Virus record (IMG/VR): IMGVR_UViG_3300042391_001376 | Span: 140,905-204,904 of that record | Length of the DNA: 64,000 bases | Direction: 5' to 3' (one strand) | Shown here: positions 46,364-56,888 of the stretch, piece by piece | How positions within the stretch are numbered: position 1 is the stretch's first letter | Layout of the letters: each line of letters opens with the position of its first letter | Translations under genes and position numbers: made by a program | Notes under the pieces: generated by a model | Told to the model about the DNA's origin: nothing | Databases searched by the model: none | The model's input: only the letters and a program-made list of their open reading frames with translations

Positions 46364-48103
46364 ATGTCTCAGCAAGTTGAACAAACTAGCAAGATAACTC
46401 TTGATCAACTCCAATACTTTTGGATGCCATCAGGTTTGCCTTGCTTCGTCGCAGACAGGGATAGTATTTGCGACATAGTAGAAGATTTTGGTTTTAATAT
46501 TTATTATCTTCTAGCTAATAAAAAAACTGTTAAAACCATTCCGAACAACAGTGTTAAAACCACGACCACAACTGGTTATTCAAGTGGCGCTACAACATAC
46601 AACTATCCGAGTGCTCAGCCAACACAAGTTATAACATATAACTCTTCTTTGTTTAAAGTTATAAATAATTTTGTTGGTAGAGTTATAGAGCTTTCCGACG
46701 ATGAACTTCCAGAAACATTCTTTGTAGCTGAAGAAACATGCGAGTACAATATGCCCGCTATGCCGCATGTTCTTGTTGACAAAATGGATCAATTCTTTAG
46801 ACTTGTTTATTCTCAACATGGCACTGAATCAATTGTCTTGTTGACATATGATATGACTAAGACTGGTCCAGAAGGTTGGGGAGTTTTAGTTCCTGAACAG
46901 TCAAACACCGCAGCACATTGTAAGTATGATGCAGACAGCATTGCTCTTATTAAGCCAGAAGATGTTTTGATTGTCGGATCTGTTCATAGTCACCCAGAAA
47001 TGTCGGCTTATGCTTCTGGCACAGACCACGCTGACCAGGCTGATTTTGATGGTCTTCACATTACTTACGGTTGGCAGAAGTCTCAAAACAATGGTGCTAC
47101 TCAGTACCACTTAGAGCTTCAAATGGCAGGAACTGCTTACACCTTAAAGCCTGAAGATGTTTTTGAGGATTATACTTTTCAAAAAGAACCAGACCCAGAC
47201 GTAGTTGAATGGTCAGGTAAAGTAAAAAAAGCGCTCCCCCCTATAGCGGGGGGTACAACACCGCTGGCTTCGGCGCAGGCACAGTATCAACAACAAGCAC
47301 AAAAAATGACCTCATTACAAAATGGGACAACACCTATGGTGGGTGGAACACTTACTAGCAGGAATCTTAGCTGGCAACAAATGGTAGAAGGCTTAGAGCC
47401 TCAAGCTATTGTAATTGTAGAAGTAGATCTTCAACTTTCTAGAACTTCAATTTGTCCAAGTTGTGATTTTGATTTAGATACACCAGATGTAAATGCTGGA
47501 TATTGTTGCTCATGCGACGTTCCAGTTATATCATCTACACATGGTATCATGCAGATTGCTGCTCAGTTTGCTAAATATTGTGAACAAAGAAATTTAGATT
47601 ATCTTAAAACTATTCCTTATCTTTATGGTCAATCTGAAAAAGATGAAGTCTTTTTAATGAAGCTAAATCTTCAAGAAGAACTTACCGATATTCATACATA
47701 TGATTATGTTTATGAAAAAGATTCCGATTATGTTTATCTTCCTGAAGAAGACCCATATGATTCTATCTACGATATAAACGGAACAAGAACTGTCTGTTGC
47801 AATATTCCTATGGAGGATTTTGTATCTGATTGTTCGTGCAATCCAGCTATATTATTTGAAGATTTAACAAATTTTGAAGAACATATTAGGGATACAGAAA
47901 TGTACGCTGAAGGAACTTCATGTTTGGAATGCGTGCATTATTATAATGCTACCTGTCCAGCATTTCGTTCTGCTTTAACTACTTATGTTAAGCAGGGGTT
48001 TACACTAAATCTTGATCAACACAGAAACACGATAATTCCTTGCGAAAACTATCATTCTGTATATAGTTCATTTGAATCAACAGGAGCAAAAAATGGCAAC
48101 TAA
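46364..48103 (+). CDS. JAB/MPN+ metallo-isopeptidase with Cys-rich C-terminal extension
   Basis: TES...VPEQ...GSVHSHP...ASGTD..D (JAMM motif). Confidence 0.88.
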   Translation: MSQQVEQTSKITLDQLQYFWMPSGLPCFVADRDSICDIVEDFGFNIYYLLANKKTVKTIPNNSVKTTTTTGYSSGATTYNYPSAQPTQVITYNSSLFKVINNFVGRVIELSDDELPETFFVAEETCEYNMPAMPHVLVDKMDQFFRLVYSQHGTESIVLLTYDMTKTGPEGWGVLVPEQSNTAAHCKYDADSIALIKPEDVLIVGSVHSHPEMSAYASGTDHADQADFDGLHITYGWQKSQNNGATQYHLELQMAGTAYTLKPEDVFEDYTFQKEPDPDVVEWSGKVKKALPPIAGGTTPLASAQAQYQQQAQKMTSLQNGTTPMVGGTLTSRNLSWQQMVEGLEPQAIVIVEVDLQLSRTSICPSCDFDLDTPDVNAGYCCSCDVPVISSTHGIMQIAAQFAKYCEQRNLDYLKTIPYLYGQSEKDEVFLMKLNLQEELTDIHTYDYVYEKDSDYVYLPEEDPYDSIYDINGTRTVCCNIPMEDFVSDCSCNPAILFEDLTNFEEHIRDTEMYAEGTSCLECVHYYNATCPAFRSALTTYVKQGFTLNLDQHRNTIIPCENYHSVYSSFESTGAKNGN

Positions 48104-48851
48104 AAGATTTGTAGTTATTGGAGCAGGAGGCGTAGGCACTTGGCTTACCGCTGGCCTAGTAAGACTTCTTGAATGGAAGTTTCCTGGTTCTGGTTTAATT
48201 ATAGTAGATGGAGATAACTATGAAGAAAAAAATAAAGAACGTCAAGAGTTCGCTAAAATTGGCAACAAAGCTGTTGTCAAAGCGCACGAACTTACGCCTC
48301 AATTCCAGAAAACAACAATTATACCGGTTCCGAAGTGGGTTGTCAGTGACACCTTCAAAGGAGTCAGTGCAGACGAAGACTCTCCGAAGATTAAAGCGTC
48401 GGATCTCATATCTGAAGGAGATGTTGTTTTTGCAGTTGTCGATAACTTCGCTGCGCGTAAGATTATTTTTGATGCAGCTGCGAGGTTAAACAACGTAGAT
48501 GTATTTACTGGTGGCAATGACGACGCTTTGTTTGGTTCTATATATCATTACCAAAAAAGAAACGGCGTTGCAATAACCGAACATCCTTCAACATTCCATC
48601 CTGAATATGAAAATGCTCCAGATAAAAATCCTGGTGAACTATCATGCCAGGAGAGATCAGAAATAGAAGGTGGTACTCAACTACTAGCCACTAATATGGC
48701 AGTAGCTGCACTAATCCTTGGTCGCGTACAAAAAACAATTGTACTAGACCAAAGCCCCGAAGAAACTGAAATATATTTTGATTTAGGCGTAGGCAAAGCT
48801 GAGCCTTACAATCGGATGGTATCTCATGTTTCTGAATATATTACAGCATAA
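48093..48851 (+). CDS. ThiF/E1-like Ubl-activating adenylyltransferase
   Basis: VVIGAGGVG, DGD...NKERQ, VVDNFAAR, ELSC, Q...TN. Confidence 0.92.
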   Translation: MATKRFVVIGAGGVGTWLTAGLVRLLEWKFPGSGLIIVDGDNYEEKNKERQEFAKIGNKAVVKAHELTPQFQKTTIIPVPKWVVSDTFKGVSADEDSPKIKASDLISEGDVVFAVVDNFAARKIIFDAAARLNNVDVFTGGNDDALFGSIYHYQKRNGVAITEHPSTFHPEYENAPDKNPGELSCQERSEIEGGTQLLATNMAVAALILGRVQKTIVLDQSPEETEIYFDLGVGKAEPYNRMVSHVSEYITA

Positions 48852-48870
48852 ACAATAACAAGGAGCAATC

Positions 48871-49122
48871 ATGGAAAACAATATGTCAGGTGCATCAGCA
48901 TCACAAGCAACGGGAATGGCAAATCTTAGATTTGGCGTTTACAATCAACCTACTAACGTAGCTGGTAAATCAGTACAACAGACTCGTGAACAGTTCTCAA
49001 AAATTTGGGGTATCCCAACAGACGCAGTTGCCTACAAGGGCAAAGAGAAACTCGACGAGAACTATGTTATCCAACCAGGTGACAACGTAGAATTCCACCG
49101 TCGTGCTGGAGAAAAGGGCTGA
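48871..49122 (+). CDS. ubiquitin-like (beta-grasp) protein with C-terminal Gly
   Basis: 83 aa ending PGDNVEFHRRAGEKG; directly after E1. Confidence 0.85.
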   Translation: MENNMSGASASQATGMANLRFGVYNQPTNVAGKSVQQTREQFSKIWGIPTDAVAYKGKEKLDENYVIQPGDNVEFHRRAGEKG

Positions 49123-49140
49123 TACATTCAGTCTCAGGTT

Positions 49141-49190
49141 TGTGGGAAGGCTCTATACATTCCGCGTAAGAGTCTTCCCACATTTTTTTT
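49141..49190 (+). terminator. intrinsic terminator after the Ubl gene
   Basis: TGTGGGAAGGCTCT/AGAGTCTTCCCACA plus T8. Confidence 0.85.
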
Positions 49191-49222
49191 AAAAGGCTAG
49201 AGTCTATCTATTAGGGGACATA

Positions 49223-50827
49223 ATGTTATTTGATGAAATAAAACTAGGCTATCCAGCTTTATGGCTTAAGACCACTGAATTTTCCAGGGCCGCCGAAAGC
49301 TTAATCTCTTATAATTTTAGAGATTTTTATACTATTGATTTTGAATCTGCTTTTTCTCAGTATGTTGATGGCTCATGGAAGACTGTTCTTATTGAAACAC
49401 TTAATCCAGAAACAAATGAAAGAGTTGCACAGTCAACTTTTGATCCTTCTGTTTCTTTGGATTATCTTATTAATTTAAAGTCTGAAAAACCTGTTACTTT
49501 TATTCTTTCTATTATTGGTAAGCCAGATATGACATTGCCTCCATACATGTCATTTATTGCTTCTTTGAACAGTAAGTACAGAAAGAATTTCTGGGCCGAT
49601 GATGCCAACGCTGGAGCAATACAGATTATATTCTTATCTTCTACTGACGCACCAGAAGAATACGCTCACATGTTTAAGAATGTTGAATTTTCTTATCCAA
49701 ATGCTGAAGAACTATTCACTGTTGTAAACCATATTGACAATGCTTCTGCAGGGCGATTTATAAAACAAGATTCAGTTAAAGATATTGTTCGTTCTGGTTT
49801 AGGTCTTGCTGAAGATCAGTTTGTAGATCTTTGTTTGCGTTCCATTTTGCATCACAACGAAGTTAACCCAAAGTACATATATGATCAAAAGATGGCTAAG
49901 ATTAAACAAGCCGGCATTCTTGAAATCATTAAGCCAACTATATCTTTTGCTAACATTGGTGGCTTAGATAATATTAAAGATATTATTCAAAGAACTAAAC
50001 TTCTTTGGGATAACAGAGAGCAAGCAAAATCTTTTGGCGTTGTACCAATCAGAAGAGTTCTTATGGTGGGCGTTCCAGGCACTGGCAAGTCAGCTATCTG
50101 CCAAGCAACTGCTCATGAACTAGGTCTTGACTTAGCTCGTACTGGAATTAGCCAAGTTATGAATTCTTTTGTTGGCCAGTCAGAGCAGAACATGCGAGCA
50201 GTTTTTCAACAGATTAAGATGATGACTCCACTTTGTGTTTGGATCGACGAGTTTGGTCGAGATCTTTCAGGTGGTGCTTCTTCTGCTTCTGTAGATGCGG
50301 GCACTACTGATCGCGTACACGGCGAATTCTTAACTGGTCTTCAAGAACTTCCAGAAGATACATTTCTTATGTGTGCAGCTAATCAAATAGAGAACCTTCG
50401 TCCCGAGATGCTTCGCGCAGATCGTTTCGATAAAATTGTTTTTGTTGGTCTTCCATCTCTTGAGGAAAGAAAAGATATCTTTAAGATATGCTTGAAGACA
50501 ATTGAAACAGATCACCAATTTGATCTAGATGCCCTAGCTGAAAAAGCAGAATACTTTACTGGCGCAGAAATAACTGCATTGATCAAAGAAGTTAAGTTCT
50601 TTGTAGTTTCATCTGAACTTAGATCTATAAATACTAATGATATTATATCTTATATTCCAAACGTTCGTAATATACTTTGGAACAAGAACAGAGACATGAT
50701 CAAGGGTATGTACCAATACGCCCTTGAACAGTGGGACTGGGCTTCGACACAACAACAAAAAGATGCTAAACTAATATTAGCAGGAAGAAAGTCTAATTCT
50801 GAATCAGAGTTAGCTTGGAAGATTTAA
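49223..50827 (+). CDS. classical-clade AAA ATPase (Ycf46-like)
   Basis: IGGLDNIK, GVPGTGKS, FVGQSE pore loop, WIDE, RADRFD. Confidence 0.92.
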   Translation: MLFDEIKLGYPALWLKTTEFSRAAESLISYNFRDFYTIDFESAFSQYVDGSWKTVLIETLNPETNERVAQSTFDPSVSLDYLINLKSEKPVTFILSIIGKPDMTLPPYMSFIASLNSKYRKNFWADDANAGAIQIIFLSSTDAPEEYAHMFKNVEFSYPNAEELFTVVNHIDNASAGRFIKQDSVKDIVRSGLGLAEDQFVDLCLRSILHHNEVNPKYIYDQKMAKIKQAGILEIIKPTISFANIGGLDNIKDIIQRTKLLWDNREQAKSFGVVPIRRVLMVGVPGTGKSAICQATAHELGLDLARTGISQVMNSFVGQSEQNMRAVFQQIKMMTPLCVWIDEFGRDLSGGASSASVDAGTTDRVHGEFLTGLQELPEDTFLMCAANQIENLRPEMLRADRFDKIVFVGLPSLEERKDIFKICLKTIETDHQFDLDALAEKAEYFTGAEITALIKEVKFFVVSSELRSINTNDIISYIPNVRNILWNKNRDMIKGMYQYALEQWDWASTQQQKDAKLILAGRKSNSESELAWKI

Positions 50828-50829
50828 GG

Positions 50830-51483
50830 ATGCACATGTCAGATCAAATAGATTTTTCTAATATTGAAGAAGTATTAAACAGTATAGAAATGGATAAAGA
50901 TATCCCGTCGAACCATTCTATATCTGACGCTAAGCAGTATGATCAGGACCTTTATAAAAAATGGTTTCGTTCTAAAACTCAGAGCGGTTTTCTTTCAATT
51001 AAACCTTGGTACCAAGGACTTAAATTTAAAATAGATATTGGCAAGACTTCGCCTGATGGCAAGTTACTCGGTAGCACTATGGTTTTTGTTGACGCAATTG
51101 ATTTTGCCGCATATCTTGATTCTATCATTAATGGAACAGCTAAAATTAATTTTCCTACTAATGAAAAGAATGGCAGCCCCACCGATGAATCTTTTGTTTC
51201 TTATGGCGGAGGATTAATAGATTCTAAGCCAATATCTAGAATATTTAAATCTCATTATTGGCAGAATTCAGACAAGTCTTATGACAGCAATGCTTTCACC
51301 TGGAAGTGCGGCCACTTTGCTGCACGCAAAACAGAGAGCGGAGCCTTCATCCCCAACATGTCTTCACCAGTTTCTGTTGATTCTATCAAAGTAACTAGAC
51401 AAGATATTGTTAGTATAGCTTTTATATTGAAGCTATCACTTACATCCCACGTTACAAACAACCCAGATTGGTATAATATCTAA
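50830..51483 (+). CDS. hypothetical protein
   Basis: ORF 50815..51483; start moved to the first ATG. Confidence 0.7.
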   Translation: MHMSDQIDFSNIEEVLNSIEMDKDIPSNHSISDAKQYDQDLYKKWFRSKTQSGFLSIKPWYQGLKFKIDIGKTSPDGKLLGSTMVFVDAIDFAAYLDSIINGTAKINFPTNEKNGSPTDESFVSYGGGLIDSKPISRIFKSHYWQNSDKSYDSNAFTWKCGHFAARKTESGAFIPNMSSPVSVDSIKVTRQDIVSIAFILKLSLTSHVTNNPDWYNI

Positions 51484-51485
51484 TT

Positions 51486-51875
51486 ATGGAAACGCCTATT
51501 GAACAACCAGATGCTAGTTTAATTACTGGTTTACTTTCTACCTTGATGGAAGAAGTTTATAAAAAAATTTATGACGATATTGAAAATCAATTTAAGGATA
51601 TCATCAAGAAGATAGAAGCCTACGAAGATCAGGTCGCTACAATAGTTTATGCTTACGGCGAACAAGCAGTAGTGATGGAAGCTTTAGCAACTCAGTTGAA
51701 CTATGCTTCACCTGAAGCACAAAAAGCTTTTACCGATTCGCTTTCGGAACAAAGAAAAAAGATGGTGGAGACATTAAATGAAGGATCTAAAGGATTTGTG
51801 GCCGATAAAGATCCAGGACTTGCCAGAGCCATTAACAACGTGGTTAAGGAAAAGTTATCTAACACAGATAAATAA
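51486..51875 (+). CDS. helical hypothetical protein
   Basis: 129-aa ORF. Confidence 0.7.
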   Translation: METPIEQPDASLITGLLSTLMEEVYKKIYDDIENQFKDIIKKIEAYEDQVATIVYAYGEQAVVMEALATQLNYASPEAQKAFTDSLSEQRKKMVETLNEGSKGFVADKDPGLARAINNVVKEKLSNTDK

Positions 51876-52064
51876 TAATGAATGCGTTTTGTTTGTAGAT
51901 AAACAGAACTATTTATTATTACAGAATATAGCTTATCTGTCTCAAATTTATCCAATTGTTAAATCTATTTGTCCTGAATTTAAATCTCTTCATATGGTTG
52001 AAAGTTCACTCTTAACCTATCTTCGACAATCAAAAATAGAACTATACTCTATAGAGGTCAACTA

Positions 52065-52724
52065 ATGTTAATAACTGATTTTAAGTCTCATTCTTCTTTT
52101 AATGCTTTCTGGAATGAAGCAATGCCGAACCTTCATGGTAGTAAGCGGCTAACTTTTGATTTATATATCCTGTGGAAATTTAACCGGATAGATATTATTA
52201 AAGCTCACATCGAAAATGATGTTAGCATTACAAATTATGTAGAACAATATTCTGCTTCACACAAAGAAGAATATGATCAGTTTGTAAGTAACTACAATTA
52301 CTTTTATTCTGAAAGAGAATTCTATGTTTATCCATATAGTTCTACTAAATTTATTAATCACATGTTTAAAAATGTTCTTCCATCAGCAAAAGACAACTTG
52401 TTCAATGTGTTATTTGATAATTCATTATTCATAAAAGATAAATTTGAGCCTTCCACTACTGGCTTCAAAGGTTGCATTATTGCCAAATATACACCCGACG
52501 ACGCAGCACTAGTCTCTATACATAACAACGTATTCGAAGCGACCCCTTTCGACTCTATAGGGCATGCTAAGAAGATAGTAGAGTGTTTAGATAGTTTGGC
52601 AAAAGACAATGAAGCTTACCGTACTTATATAGCAGAGTTGGAAACAGCTGTTCTTCACTTGAACAAGCAAATAGACTTGCAACAAAAACAGGGACTTAAC
52701 GGTTATCTTTTAAGTTGGCATTAA
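52065..52724 (+). CDS. hypothetical protein
   Basis: GAGG RBS, 219 aa. Confidence 0.7.
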   Translation: MLITDFKSHSSFNAFWNEAMPNLHGSKRLTFDLYILWKFNRIDIIKAHIENDVSITNYVEQYSASHKEEYDQFVSNYNYFYSEREFYVYPYSSTKFINHMFKNVLPSAKDNLFNVLFDNSLFIKDKFEPSTTGFKGCIIAKYTPDDAALVSIHNNVFEATPFDSIGHAKKIVECLDSLAKDNEAYRTYIAELETAVLHLNKQIDLQQKQGLNGYLLSWH

Positions 52725-52757
52725 TATTATAAACATCTAATATATTTAAAGGATTTT

Positions 52758-53633
52758 ATGTATAAAATAAAATTAAGTGAAATAGGTTCAAAGTTTTCAA
52801 CAGTAAAAATGGACAGTGAGCACACTGTAAATTTTTACATTAATAATTATAATAAAATTCCTGTTAATAAAGTAGTTTATGATTTTTTTAATAGCGGTGA
52901 ATTGTACATTAATTATCCTGCACACTTAGGTGAAATCACTGCTTTGAGCGAAACTATCCAAACTATATATTCTAACTATATTATGAAAGATAGTTTCATG
53001 AAACAGTTAGATCCGGACAAAAGTCAAATTCCTCATTGGACCGAAAGATATGTAGACGATAAATTAAATGGTTGGATGCTAGATTTAACTCTTATATTTA
53101 AAGTTTCTCCTTCATCAGTTCCTGTTCCAGTATGCAAGAATTTTACCGGGATGACCAAAGATGGTTCTATACATATTTCTTCTGGTTATCTTTTTGCCAA
53201 CAAACCATCTACCGTAGACACTAATTGTTCTAGTCCCAAGGTTTATGTAAACAAGCTTACCCCTCATCATTGCGTTTACTCTAATCCTTCTAATTCAACT
53301 TACGGTTTTTCTTCTTGTCCTTTTTATGAATATGATTATGAACTCATTAAATCCGTAGAGGTTAATTCAAACACTTCTAAGGCTCAAAGTTTTGAAATTA
53401 GATATATTAAATTATCTAATGGTTTTGCAACTTACCAATTGTTTGACAAAACAAACAGTCAAATAAATTATGTTGTTCATGAAAAAGATACTCAAGAATT
53501 AAGAGATAGTATAATTTCAGTTATGGATGAAGTTATGTCTTCTTATGATCATTATATTCTTAAGCCAAATCAAAAACACGAAGAATCTTTAAATTCTTTT
53601 GAAAAAAAAAGCTATATTCTATCTTTAGTTTGA
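52758..53633 (+). CDS. hypothetical protein with four spaced Cys
   Basis: 291-aa ORF. Confidence 0.7.
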   Translation: MYKIKLSEIGSKFSTVKMDSEHTVNFYINNYNKIPVNKVVYDFFNSGELYINYPAHLGEITALSETIQTIYSNYIMKDSFMKQLDPDKSQIPHWTERYVDDKLNGWMLDLTLIFKVSPSSVPVPVCKNFTGMTKDGSIHISSGYLFANKPSTVDTNCSSPKVYVNKLTPHHCVYSNPSNSTYGFSSCPFYEYDYELIKSVEVNSNTSKAQSFEIRYIKLSNGFATYQLFDKTNSQINYVVHEKDTQELRDSIISVMDEVMSSYDHYILKPNQKHEESLNSFEKKSYILSLV

Positions 53634-53642
53634 GGCCCAATT

Positions 53643-55097
53643 ATGCAACATATCTTTGATTCTAACAGTGACCACACGAGGATCTATACAATTGAATCCT
53701 CCCAACCCTATGCCTATTCAGAGTTTACTGATTGGATTAGACACTACGACTCTGCTAGGTATGTTCCTCCATATTTAGAAAAAGTTGCTTTCCAAGAAAT
53801 GATACAGATTCCAACTCCTAGACTTTACAGCATAAAAAAAGTTCGTTCTTTTGAACGATATAAAGATTTTGTTTACCCAATGGCAGTAAGGTATATTTCC
53901 CAAAATAATACCTATGTTATAGAACGTCCTCCTTTTGAATTAGAAGTTGATTTTCGCATGGGTGGCGCTCATTCAGGGCATCCTAAAATGCCAGCTGTTA
54001 AAATCTGGATTCCTTGGACAGTTATGATATTCAAGGCTAACTCATTTGTTACTGGATCTTTTTCTGATGTTCAGCTTTTTCTAAACAGTGGGCCAATTGA
54101 ATCTCTTGATGACCAACTTATTCCTTGTCTTTACCCTAATTCTTATAGCAATTCTAAGATATGTTTTTCTGCTTCCTTAAGTGACTTTAATGATGTTTTA
54201 GATCTTGAAGAATTTGAAAAAGGAAACATTGGTTATATCTATAATTACATATTTAATAATTATATGATGGGTGGATGGAATGCTGATCTTGAACAGAACT
54301 TAGTGCGCATTCGTTACATGAAGAATAATAAAGATTATCCTATAACAAACTTGTTTCTTAACCCTAGTTCTGATAAAGATTTTTATTCTAAGCTATCTTC
54401 TGTTTTTTCTAAAGAATTTTTTTCTAAAATTAAAAGATTTTATAAAGAAGACTTTGAATTAAATAGGTCTAGAATTAGTAGAGAAAAACTCTACACTAGA
54501 AACTTTGGTATATTTTCTGCTTTTACTTTAGAACAAAAAATTAATTTTATCAAAGAAATTCAAACTTACAATTCTTTAAATAAAATAGATGGTTATAAAC
54601 TTTCAAATTTAATTGAAGAACATGAGCATAGAAGTCATTGTGAAACTTCCGCTTCTGGCGTAAGTTCAATACTTAAACTAACTGATTCTTCTATACAGTA
54701 CACCTATAAAAGTAATGTATTTGATTTTTATTTTGTAAGAAATAGAACTATGATATCTAGACATGAATCAATTTTTCAACAAATTCCTCCTCAACAGCTT
54801 ACTTTAATTCAGCGTCAGCTTATAGACTTTATGGCTAATAGAAGTGAGAATGAACAAATTGCTTTTGTTTACGATTTGACCGATAACACTTATGAAGTAA
54901 TTATTAATTATAATGATAGAGAATTTATTTCTGAAATATATAACACTATACTTGCGCATTGCAAAGAACGCCTTGAAGAAACACAAGAAAGATCTAGATT
55001 TAGAACCTGGTTTAATACAGTAGATGAATCATTTTTGGCAAGATCTATAGACCACCTTTGCAAGCCAAAACAAAATATTGAACAGGATGTTGTATGA
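53643..55097 (+). CDS. prokaryotic E2 family D-like protein (paralog 2)
   Basis: VIERPP, IWIPWTVMIF, LYPNSYSNSKICF, WNADL. Confidence 0.7.
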   Translation: MQHIFDSNSDHTRIYTIESSQPYAYSEFTDWIRHYDSARYVPPYLEKVAFQEMIQIPTPRLYSIKKVRSFERYKDFVYPMAVRYISQNNTYVIERPPFELEVDFRMGGAHSGHPKMPAVKIWIPWTVMIFKANSFVTGSFSDVQLFLNSGPIESLDDQLIPCLYPNSYSNSKICFSASLSDFNDVLDLEEFEKGNIGYIYNYIFNNYMMGGWNADLEQNLVRIRYMKNNKDYPITNLFLNPSSDKDFYSKLSSVFSKEFFSKIKRFYKEDFELNRSRISREKLYTRNFGIFSAFTLEQKINFIKEIQTYNSLNKIDGYKLSNLIEEHEHRSHCETSASGVSSILKLTDSSIQYTYKSNVFDFYFVRNRTMISRHESIFQQIPPQQLTLIQRQLIDFMANRSENEQIAFVYDLTDNTYEVIINYNDREFISEIYNTILAHCKERLEETQERSRFRTWFNTVDESFLARSIDHLCKPKQNIEQDVV

Positions 55098-56272
55098 ACG
55101 ATAAAGGTTACAGACTCACAATAGCAGACTTTAATTTAGAAGATTCTAATTATCGGACACACAATGCCGCCAGTCTTCAGACTCATATAAACATTACTAA
55201 TCCTTTTTTGTTTGATGCCGAGAGAAACAATACCATGCTTCTTGTTGGCGACACCGCAAAAAGAACTATAGGTGAATATTTTTCTGTTTTTAATCCTGTA
55301 AAAACTAACTCTACAGATACAGGTATATTGCCTCCTGGAGTCAAAATAATCGGAACTAATTATTTAGTTTTTGAAAAACCTCCTACATTTAAAAATATAT
55401 TTTATGTTCCTGCATCTAGATCTGATGTCCCAGATGATTGTGAAGATCTTGAACAGGTTTATCGTATTCCAATACCTTGGCAATTATATTTTGTTAAGTT
55501 TAATCCTAACATGTATACCTATGAAGTAAGAATGTTCTTCATGAAGAGCAGCTTATCTTCTACTGACCAAGAGTTATTTCTTCCACCTATTCCAAACTTT
55601 TATACTGACGGTTTACTTTGTTCCCCAACAATGTCAAACATGGAGGATGTTGATAGATATCCTAAGAATCATGCAGGCATAATACAGTCTGCTTATGACT
55701 GGGTTTGGAATTCTGGCACGAACCATGATTTGACAGAAGCTTGTTTACATCTTTCTATGCAGTTGCCGCGGAACCAAACAGTGCTAAAGAACATCCCTGA
55801 GCAAGTATATCAATTAAATTTTCCCACTAGCAATATGTCCATAAACAGATACAGTGCTTCTCCAGGGCAGGTTAAACTTATCCTAAGTGTTTGGGAAAAA
55901 TTTTCTTTATCCGATGTTTGCGAAATGTCATGGCCGAATGTGTCTGGTCCTACTCGCACTTTTGATTATCGAACTGACAGTGTCCGTGACCAGAGCGCTT
56001 ATTACGATAATTTAGCAGATTACCTTTCTGGCCATTATGACCCTGAAGATATAGAAGCAGTTATGGAAAATGACGATTATGACCATAGCGACTATGTCTC
56101 ATATTTATTAGACAATGGTTTAATCAGCATCCCTTCTGGAAGACCGTGGGATATAACTTATACTTATTCTTCTTTACTCCCTCATCTTATTGCAACACTC
56201 GGTGCTGAATTAAATACCGCTGATTGCAGCTTTGAGCGCGAAATTCAAGTAATGACCACAAATAATGTGTGA
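55094..56272 (+). CDS. prokaryotic E2 family D-like protein (paralog 3)
   Basis: DTGILPPG, VFEKPP, YRIPIPWQLYF, PPIPNFYTDGLLC, WNSGTNHDL. Confidence 0.8.
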   Translation: MNDKGYRLTIADFNLEDSNYRTHNAASLQTHINITNPFLFDAERNNTMLLVGDTAKRTIGEYFSVFNPVKTNSTDTGILPPGVKIIGTNYLVFEKPPTFKNIFYVPASRSDVPDDCEDLEQVYRIPIPWQLYFVKFNPNMYTYEVRMFFMKSSLSSTDQELFLPPIPNFYTDGLLCSPTMSNMEDVDRYPKNHAGIIQSAYDWVWNSGTNHDLTEACLHLSMQLPRNQTVLKNIPEQVYQLNFPTSNMSINRYSASPGQVKLILSVWEKFSLSDVCEMSWPNVSGPTRTFDYRTDSVRDQSAYYDNLADYLSGHYDPEDIEAVMENDDYDHSDYVSYLLDNGLISIPSGRPWDITYTYSSLLPHLIATLGAELNTADCSFEREIQVMTTNNV

Positions 56273-56281
56273 CCATTAAGG

Positions 56282-56310
56282 TTGATTTTTTATCAAATAA
56301 ATGATATTAT
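56282..56310 (+). promoter_or_regulatory. sigma-70-type promoter
   Basis: TTGATT-N17-TATTAT with TG. Confidence 0.55.
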
Positions 56311-56345
56311 ATTATCATATATAAACTTAAATAAAGGTAGATAAA

Positions 56346-56642
56346 ATGTCCCGTAATTCTATCACTGAACCAATCTTTAACAGGTCCGAAGTAGCCCAAA
56401 TACTTAATGTTTCTACTCTTACAATTTCTAATAGAGAAAAAAACAATAAGTACCCTAGTCCTAAAAGAGACTTAAACAACTATAGAGTTTACAGCTTGAA
56501 TGATGTTTTTAATCTTCAACTTATAACTTACAACCACATTGATCCAAAGCCAATCATATCAATCATGTATGACAAAGGGTTTGAAGATGTAAAACAGCTT
56601 GGTAAGATGATAGATTCAGCTTTATCTAGAAGGACGCAATAA
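56346..56642 (+). CDS. MerR-like HTH DNA-binding protein
   Basis: SEVAQILNVSTLTISNRE...PKRDLNNYRVYS. Confidence 0.85.
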   Translation: MSRNSITEPIFNRSEVAQILNVSTLTISNREKNNKYPSPKRDLNNYRVYSLNDVFNLQLITYNHIDPKPIISIMYDKGFEDVKQLGKMIDSALSRRTQ

Positions 56643-56643
56643 C

Positions 56644-56886
56644 ATGCAGGACGAAGACGATAACACAAAGGTAGACGGATTAATTGATCAGGTAGATGAG
56701 TACGTATCTACTGATAAAGTTCTTGACTTAAAGAGTGGAATATACAATTTGTTTGTTTCGCTTTTTAACGACTACACGATTGACTTTGGTCCTGTTAAGG
56801 CTGTAGAATTATCAACGCAGTTTCTTGACGAAATATCAACTAACTTTAAACAAATCCTAAATAACAATACAGAAAGCAAGGAATAG
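56644..56886 (+). CDS. hypothetical protein
   Basis: operon packing. Confidence 0.6.
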   Translation: MQDEDDNTKVDGLIDQVDEYVSTDKVLDLKSGIYNLFVSLFNDYTIDFGPVKAVELSTQFLDEISTNFKQILNNNTESKE

Positions 56887-56888
56887 CT

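Noticed and set aside
48093-49122. Thiamine or molybdopterin sulfur-relay (ThiF/ThiS) interpretation
   Set aside because: No cofactor-biosynthesis genes nearby, the Ubl ends in KG rather than GG, and E2 and JAB genes are adjacent; not fully excluded without assay
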